Shown piece by piece: positions 25,860 to 33,406 of a stretch of 41,371 bases of DNA. Location: the NCBI GenBank assembly GCA_023143145.1, contig JAGLID010000067.1, positions 1 through 41,371 on the forward strand. Direction: 5' to 3'. Each line of letters begins with the position of its first letter. The first letter of the stretch is position 1. The position numbers and the translations under genes are program-made. The notes under the pieces were generated by a model. That model did not search any database. It had not been told where the DNA came from and saw only the letters and a program-made list of their open reading frames with translations. This DNA is from Minisyncoccota bacterium (GTDB lineage Bacteria > Patescibacteriota > Minisyncoccia > JAHIHE01 > JAGLIN01).

Positions 25860-27230
25860 ATGACAAACGAAATTACAAAAATTAAAAGATTACTGAATAA
25901 GAAAGAAATTGGTCCTGTTTTTTTTGTGACTCCAAATCCGAATCGTGGGATTGGACTTGAAAAAGAGATTGAGAATTATCATATAATTTGCTCACAGAAA
26001 ACAGATCTGGTGGAATCTTTGAAAGAAGAAAAAATAGCTATTTTATGTATAGAGGATGAAAAAATAAAAAACTCAGGTAAGCTCTTGGAGAACAAAGAAG
26101 TTCTAAATTATATAAAAAAAGAAGCAAAAGGAAGACAAATAAATATTATAACTTTTAAACCAAGTCCCAAAATTTCAAAAATATGTACTGATAATAATTT
26201 TCGATATCTAGGAAATGATTGGAAGCTAAATAGAAAATTTGAAAATAAGATTGAGTTTGCGAATATAACCAATCATTTAAAAATTCCGAATGCGAAAAGT
26301 AAGGTTGTTAAACTTCAAAAAAATAATGAAAAGATTTTAAATATGTTAGAAAAAAATCAGCTTATTTTTCAACTTCCAAGAGGTTTTTCGGGTAATTCAA
26401 CTTTTTTAATAGAAAATAAAAAAGATTTAAAAAATATAATCGTGAAATATGCAGGCAGAGAATTTAAAGTTTCAAAATTTCTGAAAGGCAATACATATAC
26501 AACCAATGCTTGTGTGACAAAATTTGATATAGCTGTAAGTCAGCCGATATTTCAAATCACGGGACTAACCGACTATAACAGAAATAAACTTGGAACGTCT
26601 GGGAATGATTATGTTTGTGGCGAAAAGTTAAGCGCCTTTGAAAAGAAAAAGATTTTTGATTATACAAAAAAAATCGGTGAGTATATGTCACAATCGGGGT
26701 ATCAAGGAATTTTTGGCCTTGATTTTATAGTTAATAAAAATGCTGTTGATTTGATTGAAATTAACCCGCGATTTATTGGTTCAATTCCAGTGTTTACAAA
26801 ACTTCAAATTCAAAAAGGAGAAATTCCTTTTTTACTTTTGCATTTGTTCGAATTTTTGAAAATTAATTACGATTTTGAAATATTAAAAAATTATTTTTCT
26901 TATGATTTTTGGCGAAAGCAAGATAATTTTAATTTTTCACAATTGATTTTAAGAAATACGAAAGAGAATGATATAAAAATTAAAAAAACAATGATCTCTG
27001 GTATTTATGAAACTAAAGAAGATAAATTAGTTCTCAGGAATAAAAATTATTTTTCCAAAGAGTTGGAAGAAGATAAATTATTGATTCAATGTTCAAAAAA
27101 GAATAGTGTTATAAGTCCCGATGCTGAATGTGCTAATTTGCAGTTTGGATGTAGTATAATGAAAGGAAACAAATTAGATAGAAATTTCGCTAAGACGATT
27201 GATTTAGTTGTTGGTAAATTAGGGTTATAA
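25860..27230 (+). CDS. ATP-grasp family ligase, substrate unknown
   Basis: 456 aa. C-terminal ATP-grasp core YQGIFGLDFIVNKNAVDLIEINPRFIGS, with central FQLPRGFSGNSTFLIENKKDL (nucleotide-binding strand/loop). The size and INPR motif do not look like Ddl or RimK/LysX. Confidence 0.65.
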   Translation: MTNEITKIKRLLNKKEIGPVFFVTPNPNRGIGLEKEIENYHIICSQKTDLVESLKEEKIAILCIEDEKIKNSGKLLENKEVLNYIKKEAKGRQINIITFKPSPKISKICTDNNFRYLGNDWKLNRKFENKIEFANITNHLKIPNAKSKVVKLQKNNEKILNMLEKNQLIFQLPRGFSGNSTFLIENKKDLKNIIVKYAGREFKVSKFLKGNTYTTNACVTKFDIAVSQPIFQITGLTDYNRNKLGTSGNDYVCGEKLSAFEKKKIFDYTKKIGEYMSQSGYQGIFGLDFIVNKNAVDLIEINPRFIGSIPVFTKLQIQKGEIPFLLLHLFEFLKINYDFEILKNYFSYDFWRKQDNFNFSQLILRNTKENDIKIKKTMISGIYETKEDKLVLRNKNYFSKELEEDKLLIQCSKKNSVISPDAECANLQFGCSIMKGNKLDRNFAKTIDLVVGKLGL

Positions 27231-27249
27231 TTTTATAAGGTATTTTGTT

Positions 27250-28338
27250 ATGAAATCACACGAGATTGATAAAACTTTAATGTTAACGGTTTGCTTACTA
27301 TCTTTTTTGGGCTTAATCGCAATATCTAGTGCCAGTGTAGTTATGAGTTATCATAAGTTTGGTAATAACTATTATTATCTATTTCATCAATTTGTGTATG
27401 GTTTTATACCGGGTTTTATAGCTTTGTTAATATTGCAAAAAATTGATTATAGAATTTTCAAGAAAAATATGTTGTTATTCCTGATTGTAACAATTATTCT
27501 TCTTTTTGTCGTTTTTGTTCCAGGATTAGGATTAGGATTGAAAGGAGCTAATAGGTGGATAAGTATCGCTGGGATTAGCTTTCAGCCCTCGGAATTTATA
27601 AAGCTTACTTTTATTTTGTATATTGCAGTTTGGTTTGAAAAAAATAAAAAAGACTTCTCTAATTTATTGATTCCATTCATCGTCTTGATCGTTATTATTG
27701 GCATTCCTTTAATAAAACAACCTGATATAGGAACTCTTAGTATTATCATTTTGACTGCTGTAATTATGTATTTTTCATATGGGGCAAAAATCAAACATAT
27801 TCTCTTGCTTGGTGTTGGTGGTTTGGCGGGATTGTTATTTTTAATAAAAATTGCTCCATATCGTATGGACAGGTTTATGGTTTTTTTACATCCGGAGATT
27901 GATCCTTTGGGAATTGGATATCAGATTAATCAAGCTTTATTAGCTTTTGGCTCCGGGGGATTTTTTGGTCTTGGATTTGGGCAAAGTAGACAGAAATTTA
28001 ATTATCTACCAGAACCGATTGGAGATTCAATCTTTGCAATTATTGGAGAAGAATTTGGCCTTTTTGGAATAAGTGTCATTGTTATCTTGTTTTTAATTTT
28101 TGCCATGCGAGGATACAAAATTGCCTGCAATGCCCCCGATGATTTTGGTAAATTAGTTGCCGTTGGAATTACATCGTTGATTACTTTTCAGGCCATTATG
28201 AATATGGCGGCAATTACTTCACTACTTCCCCTGACTGGAATTCCTCTTCCTTTTATAAGTTATGGCGGATCTAATTTGATAGTTTCACTGGCAGCTGTTG
28301 GCATATTACTGAATATTTCAAGACATTTAAAAGCATAA
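27250..28338 (+). CDS. ftsW: SEDS-family peptidoglycan glycosyltransferase FtsW/RodA
   Basis: FQPSEFIKL, GYQINQALLAFGSGGFFGLGFGQS, LPEPIGDSIFAIIGEEFG and PLPFISYGGSN. Confidence 0.9.
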   Translation: MKSHEIDKTLMLTVCLLSFLGLIAISSASVVMSYHKFGNNYYYLFHQFVYGFIPGFIALLILQKIDYRIFKKNMLLFLIVTIILLFVVFVPGLGLGLKGANRWISIAGISFQPSEFIKLTFILYIAVWFEKNKKDFSNLLIPFIVLIVIIGIPLIKQPDIGTLSIIILTAVIMYFSYGAKIKHILLLGVGGLAGLLFLIKIAPYRMDRFMVFLHPEIDPLGIGYQINQALLAFGSGGFFGLGFGQSRQKFNYLPEPIGDSIFAIIGEEFGLFGISVIVILFLIFAMRGYKIACNAPDDFGKLVAVGITSLITFQAIMNMAAITSLLPLTGIPLPFISYGGSNLIVSLAAVGILLNISRHLKA

Positions 28339-28534
28339 TGTTCATTTTGCACTATGAAATATGAAAGATGAAATAAAAATGATTAATTAATTTGTTATGT
28401 TCTGATCTATAGTATATAATTTCAAGATTGAGATTTTATAGTTAGTTAATTAAAGCTTATTATCATTCCCTTGTTAAATATTGTTATTTATTTTATTATG
28501 AGATAAATAGTAAATAATAAATAAAATAAATATT

Positions 28535-29647
28535 ATGAGAATTCTTTTTGTAGGAGAGTCTGCTGCTGGACATCTGGCACCAATTGTTGCGGTTTTTGAA
28601 GAAATAAATCAAAAAAAGAAAGAGCTGAAGCTTAATTCTTTGGAATTTATGCTGATTAGCTCTAAAAGTCATTTTTTACAGGAAATGCTAGAGGGAGTAG
28701 ACCTTCCATTTAAAACAATAAGGGCAGCAAAGAGTGGAGTTGCTTCTCCATTACAACCAATTCTTAATTTTCTTAATATGATTATCGGATTTTTTCAATC
28801 CTTGTTATTCATATTTGATTATATGCCCGATGTCGTTTTTTCAAAAGGAGGAAAAGTGTCTTTACCCATTGTTATGGTTAGCTGGATATTTCGTATACCC
28901 ATTATAATTCATGAGTCTGATTCAGTGGCTAGCCCAGTAGACAAGTTTATGTTTAAATTTGCAAAAAAAGTTGCAGTATCTTTTAAGGATAGCGAAGAAA
29001 TATATCAATCCCCAAAAGTATTTTTTACTGGAAATCCTGTAAGAAGTTTCATTATGAAAGCGGATCGAGAAAAAGCAATGGCAGAATTTATTCTTAATCG
29101 TGAAAAACCAATTATTTTGATTATGGGAGGAAGTGAGGGAGCAAGGGAAATTAATAATCTTGTAATTGAAATTCTACCAGAACTATTGGAAAATTATCAA
29201 ATTATTCATCAATGTGGAGTTGGAAATTATAACGATGTAAAGTCTATTATTGAAAAGATGAATATTCCAAATTTAAATAATTATCATTTATTTCCGTTTT
29301 TTAAGAAGAAAATAGCAGATGCTTATGTTGTTTGTGATCTTGTAATTAGCAGGGCTGGAGCGAATACAGTTTCGGAGATTCTTTCAGTTGATAAACCGAG
29401 TATTCTCATTCCTCTTGCTTCGGCAGTAAGTGACAAACAACAAAAGAATGCTTTCCATTATTCTCAATCAGGTGCAGCAGTTTTGTTAAGTGAGAAAAAT
29501 TTGAAACCACATCTTATTTTAAATGTCGTTAACGAGATTTTTCAAAGTAATCTAAAAGTTATGGAAATGAAAAGAGCTGCTAGACAATTAGCTCAACCAG
29601 AAGCTGCCAGAAAGATAGCAGAGCAAGTAATTAATATTGCTAAATAA
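28535..29647 (+). CDS. murG: UDP-GlcNAc--MurNAc-(pentapeptide)-PP-undecaprenol GlcNAc transferase
   Basis: GT28 architecture: N-terminal G-loop variant GESAAGHLAP, HESDSVAS, TGNPVR, GGSEGAREIN, ISRAGANTVSEI, QQKNA. Confidence 0.85.
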   Translation: MRILFVGESAAGHLAPIVAVFEEINQKKKELKLNSLEFMLISSKSHFLQEMLEGVDLPFKTIRAAKSGVASPLQPILNFLNMIIGFFQSLLFIFDYMPDVVFSKGGKVSLPIVMVSWIFRIPIIIHESDSVASPVDKFMFKFAKKVAVSFKDSEEIYQSPKVFFTGNPVRSFIMKADREKAMAEFILNREKPIILIMGGSEGAREINNLVIEILPELLENYQIIHQCGVGNYNDVKSIIEKMNIPNLNNYHLFPFFKKKIADAYVVCDLVISRAGANTVSEILSVDKPSILIPLASAVSDKQQKNAFHYSQSGAAVLLSEKNLKPHLILNVVNEIFQSNLKVMEMKRAARQLAQPEAARKIAEQVINIAK

Positions 29648-29710
29648 AACTTATTTATTACTCTATCTGACGGTTGGTAAATAGAGTAGTATTGTTTAAA
29701 TATACTTTTT

Positions 29711-31099
29711 ATGAAAATGGATTTTGAGAAAATAAATAAAATACATTTTATAGGAATTGGTGGAATTGGTTTAAGCGCGATTGCAAAATTTATGAAACTG
29801 AAAGGAAAGCAAATTAGTGGTTCAGACTTGAGTCGCTCTTTGGTTATTGATAATTTGGAAGAAGATGGAATAAAGATATTTATTGGTCAGAATGAAGAAA
29901 ATATAAGTTCAGATATTGATTTAGTGATTCACACAATGGCAATTCCTAAAGACAATTCAGAGTTGAACAGAGCAAAAGAACTTAATATAAAAACTATCAC
30001 TTATCCAGAGTCGTTGGGAGTTTTGTTTAATGACAAGTTTGGAATTGGTGTTTGTGGCACTCATGGAAAATCTTCTACAACGGCCATGATAGGGTTAATG
30101 TTAGATGATGCAGGACTTGATCCTTCAATTGTTGTGGGCAGTATCGTGCCAAGATATAAAAGTAATTTACGTATTGGAAAAAGTAAATATTTTTTGATTG
30201 AGGCATGTGAATATGAAAGAGCATTCCTGAATTATTATCCGAAAATAATTATCTTGAATAATATTGAACTTGATCATACTGATTACTATAAGGGCCTAGA
30301 CGATTTCAAAAGTGCATTTGTAGAATTTTTAACTCATTTACCAGATGACGGACTCTTAATTTGTAATGGAGATGATGAAAATGTATTGAGTATAAAGGGT
30401 CAGATAGCAAGTTCTTTAAATTTTGGTTTGAAAGAAAATAATGGAGTGAGAGCTATAAATGTAATATTTACAGAGGGACAGACAAAATTTGAAGTCATTT
30501 ATCAGAATGAAAATTTAGGAGAATTCGCATTGATGGTTCCGGGATTTTTTAATGTTTATAATGCTTTGGGAGCAATTTCTTTGGGATTAGCTTTAAAAAT
30601 TCCAATTGAGAAAATAAAAAAATCTCTGGAAAATTATTCAGGAACTTGGAGAAGGTTTGAAATTAAAGGGAAATATAAAAATGCTTTGGTGATTTCTGAT
30701 TATGCTCATCATCCTACAGCGGTCAAAGTTATAATTGAAGCAACAAAGAATTTCTATCCTGGAAAACGAGTTTTTGCAGTTTTTCAACCTCATCAACATA
30801 ATCGAACAAAAGAACTTTACCAAGATTTTTTGAAAAGTTTTGATGATGCTGACATTTTGATTCTAGTGGAGATTTTTGATGTTGCTGGTAGAGAAGAAGA
30901 AAATGCTCAGATTGTGAGTTCTTTAAATTTGGTAGATGATATCAAGAAACAAGGAAAGAAGATATCAAAAAATATTTTTTATACTAAAGACTTACGAGAG
31001 ACGCGGAAATTAATTGATGGAAAGATGAAATCAGATGATATATTGTTAATTATCGGTGCGGGGGATATTTATAAAATAGCGGACGATTTGGTTGCATAA
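29711..31099 (+). CDS. murC: UDP-N-acetylmuramate--L-alanine ligase
   Basis: IHFIGIGGIGLSAIAKFM, P-loop GVCGTHGKSSTTAM, IEACEYERAF, LNNIELDHTDYY, DYAHHPTAV, FQPHQHNRT. Confidence 0.9.
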   Translation: MKMDFEKINKIHFIGIGGIGLSAIAKFMKLKGKQISGSDLSRSLVIDNLEEDGIKIFIGQNEENISSDIDLVIHTMAIPKDNSELNRAKELNIKTITYPESLGVLFNDKFGIGVCGTHGKSSTTAMIGLMLDDAGLDPSIVVGSIVPRYKSNLRIGKSKYFLIEACEYERAFLNYYPKIIILNNIELDHTDYYKGLDDFKSAFVEFLTHLPDDGLLICNGDDENVLSIKGQIASSLNFGLKENNGVRAINVIFTEGQTKFEVIYQNENLGEFALMVPGFFNVYNALGAISLGLALKIPIEKIKKSLENYSGTWRRFEIKGKYKNALVISDYAHHPTAVKVIIEATKNFYPGKRVFAVFQPHQHNRTKELYQDFLKSFDDADILILVEIFDVAGREEENAQIVSSLNLVDDIKKQGKKISKNIFYTKDLRETRKLIDGKMKSDDILLIIGAGDIYKIADDLVA

Positions 31100-31101
31100 A
31101 A

Positions 31102-31127
31102 AAACATCACTTTATTTAGTGATGTTT
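31102..31127. terminator. hairpin after murC
   Basis: AAACATCACT-ttattt-AGTGATGTTT (10-bp stem). The T-run (TTTTT) follows it on the - strand only. On the + strand it is preceded by an A-run. Confidence 0.45.
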
Positions 31128-31280
31128 AGCCTAGTAATTAAGATTTTGAATAATCTTTTTATTACGACAGCTATTTCTTCTTTGCTTGGACCTAACCATT
31201 TTCTTTCTATTATGTCATAAATCTTTTTTTTATTTAATTCACCCCATTTTTTTATATTGAGTATAGGTTAATCATAAATC

Positions 31281-32237
31281 ATGTCAATTGAAATTCAAAA
31301 AAACATACCACTTTCAAAACATACCACTTTTAAGATTGGTGGTCAGGCAAAGTTTTTTTGTGTTATCGGAAATATTAATGAAATCCAAGGGGCTTTGGAA
31401 TATGCAAAAGAAAATAAATTAGCAGTTTTTGTTTTGGGAGGTGGAAGTAATATTCTTGTTTTAGATAAAGGTTTTGATGGACTGGTTATCAAAATACAAG
31501 ATACAAGATGTGAGATACAAACTAGCGATAAAATATTTGTCGGTACTGGACTATCTTTGGCAAAAGTAGTTAGTGAATCTGTGAAAAATAATTTGACTGG
31601 ACTTGAATGGGTAGCGGGAATTCCTGGAACTGTTGGTGGAGCAATTTGTAATAATACTGGAGCTCATGGAAAATCGATGGAAGATATTGTGGAAGAAATG
31701 GAAGTCATAGAATTATTCAATTATGATAAAGGGATTTGGGTGGTTAAAAAATTAATCAATCAAGAATGTAATTTTTCATATCGAAGTAGTGTTTTTAAAA
31801 AAGAAAAAAAGTATATTGTTCTGAGTGCGATATTAAAATTGAAAAAAGGGGATGAAGCTGAAAGCAGAAAAATAGTTGCAGAATATCTGAAAATAAGAAG
31901 AGAAAAGCAACCACTTGAATATCCGAGTGCTGGAAGTGTTTTTAAGAATCCAAAAATAGAAGATCTAGTTCTGAAAAAAATATTCATTGAATATCCAGAG
32001 CTTGAAAAAATCGTAAAAGACAATATAGTTCCAGTTGGATGGTTTATCGAAATGCTCGGATTGAAAGGGAAAAAAATCGGCGGAGCAATGATTTCTGAAA
32101 AGCATGGAAATTTCATTGTAAATACGGGAGATGCAAAGGCTGAGGATGTCATTATTTTAATTAGTTTAATCAAGCAAAAAGTCCGAGATCGTTTTGGGGT
32201 TCAATTGCATGAAGAGATTGAGTATGTTGGTTTTTAG
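31281..32237 (+). CDS. murB: UDP-N-acetylenolpyruvoylglucosamine reductase
   Basis: HTTFKIGGQAKFF, VLGGGSNILV, GIPGTVGGAICNNTGAHG, YRSSVFK, PSAGSVFKNP and GGAMISEKHGNFIVN. Confidence 0.9.
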   Translation: MSIEIQKNIPLSKHTTFKIGGQAKFFCVIGNINEIQGALEYAKENKLAVFVLGGGSNILVLDKGFDGLVIKIQDTRCEIQTSDKIFVGTGLSLAKVVSESVKNNLTGLEWVAGIPGTVGGAICNNTGAHGKSMEDIVEEMEVIELFNYDKGIWVVKKLINQECNFSYRSSVFKKEKKYIVLSAILKLKKGDEAESRKIVAEYLKIRREKQPLEYPSAGSVFKNPKIEDLVLKKIFIEYPELEKIVKDNIVPVGWFIEMLGLKGKKIGGAMISEKHGNFIVNTGDAKAEDVIILISLIKQKVRDRFGVQLHEEIEYVGF

Positions 32238-32264
32238 CTAGTTTAATATTTATGCCTCATGTTG

Positions 32265-32300
32265 GCTCCATGTCTCCCGACTGGAGCTTTTTGTGATTTT
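32265..32300 (+). terminator. putative intrinsic terminator after murB
   Basis: GCTCCA-(11 nt)-TGGAGC followed by TTTTTGTGATTTTTT. Confidence 0.45.
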
Positions 32301-32308
32301 TTCTTGTA

Positions 32309-32336
32309 TTGACATTATTTCCATTTCAGGTATACT
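32309..32336 (+). promoter_or_regulatory. sigma70-like promoter
   Basis: TTGACA (32309-32314), a 16-nt spacer, then TATACT (32331-32336). It lies about 200 nt upstream of the next start codon. Confidence 0.5.
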
Positions 32337-32542
32337 GTACAGTTGAAAGTGTTCTTTGACAAAACAAAAGAAATTCACTGGTTATGAAAGCTTGATATTG
32401 CTTTTGGAGAGCAGGCTTTGTTTTACGTGTCATTCTGAGCTTGTTGAAGAATTACACACTAAAGCATGAACTTTAAAATATAATAGTAGGTCTTCATAGC
32501 CGGTGAATAGCTGGTGAATAAAAGTAGAGGTGATTATTAATT

Positions 32543-33247
32543 ATGACAGAAGAATTTACAACGGCCTTGAAAGAGGCAAATAAAGCATATAGTGATGGGA
32601 ATCATAAAGAAGCATTAGAACTTGCAACAGATGCTGAGAGAATCGCGCTTGAGATGACGATTCAGGCTACACGAAAAAAGTCTTGGTCTGCAAGACAAGT
32701 AGGGTATAAAGAAAATGATGAGTCTATAAGAGTCAAAATGTACTGCATTGCAAGAACAGGTGCTCAGTTCATTCTTGATTATTCTAGGGATTTTGAAATG
32801 AGAAACTCGGCCATCAAGCTTTTGATGCTGTTACCAGGATCAGATATTGAGTCTCTTTGTAAAATAGGGGTTCGAGAAGTCAAATTTGCTGAATTAATTA
32901 ATGAAGGAGAAAAAGAAAGTTGGATTGGCGAATTGAGAAATTCTCTCGGAATTGAAGTTCGAAAAACTGACCCACGACAAGCGATGGATATATTTTTATC
33001 TACACACGAAACAGTAAAAAGCAAAACTGTTATTGCAGGACATTTAATGCAAAATGCAGGAACTTGTTTATTAATGCAAATGAATGAAACAAAATACATC
33101 AATATGAAGCATTATTATGCTCATAAAGCAATTCAGCTTTTGCAGAAAGCTATTGATGAGTATCCTGAAGATCAAAAAGGTCACAGAGAATCGGTAAAGA
33201 ATAAAATTAATAATACTAAGGAGGAAATAAAAAACAACTTCCAATAA
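32543..33247 (+). CDS. hypothetical helical protein (TPR-like N-terminus)
   Basis: 234-aa ORF with GAGGTGA 9 nt upstream. It has its own promoter and a hairpin/T-run downstream. No motif recognised. Confidence 0.55.
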   Translation: MTEEFTTALKEANKAYSDGNHKEALELATDAERIALEMTIQATRKKSWSARQVGYKENDESIRVKMYCIARTGAQFILDYSRDFEMRNSAIKLLMLLPGSDIESLCKIGVREVKFAELINEGEKESWIGELRNSLGIEVRKTDPRQAMDIFLSTHETVKSKTVIAGHLMQNAGTCLLMQMNETKYINMKHYYAHKAIQLLQKAIDEYPEDQKGHRESVKNKINNTKEEIKNNFQ

Positions 33248-33259
33248 AAATAGGTATAG

Positions 33260-33311
33260 GAGACAATAATGATTTTGCAAGAATTGTAAATGAATTGTCT
33301 CTTCTTTTTTT
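33260..33311 (+). terminator. putative terminator (large loop)
   Basis: GAGACAAT-(26 nt)-ATTGTCTC followed by TTCTTTTTTT. Confidence 0.4.
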
Positions 33312-33406
33312 GCCTAAAAAATGTTAGGATGGGGTGGAGGGGGATTTTAAATAAATTAATACACCTCAACTCCTCTCAAAAAAAAGGGGGGGGAATGTAA
33401 AACAAT

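Noticed and set aside
25860-27230. Whether the ATP-grasp protein is simply the missing D-Ala-D-Ala ligase (Ddl) of the dcw cluster.
   Set aside because: It is about 100-150 aa longer than Ddl. Its C-terminal motif is LIEINPRFIGS rather than the Ddl-type (L/V)NE(I/V)NTxPG(F/M)T, and I could not find the Ddl N-terminal signature. This is not fully excluded and needs an HMM search.
28338-28535. AT-rich ftsW-murG spacer with a 12-nt inverted repeat (TATTTATTTTAT / ATAAAATAAATA) that could be an operator.
   Set aside because: A/T-only inverted repeats of this length are expected by chance in this composition, and there is no flanking promoter consensus.
33320-33377. G-rich (GGGGTGGAGGGGG) and C/T-rich (CACCTCAACTCCTCTC) segments that looked like arms of a structured RNA upstream of the MFS gene.
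   Set aside because: The arms do not pair in antiparallel register when written out. No tRNA or known RNA consensus fits.
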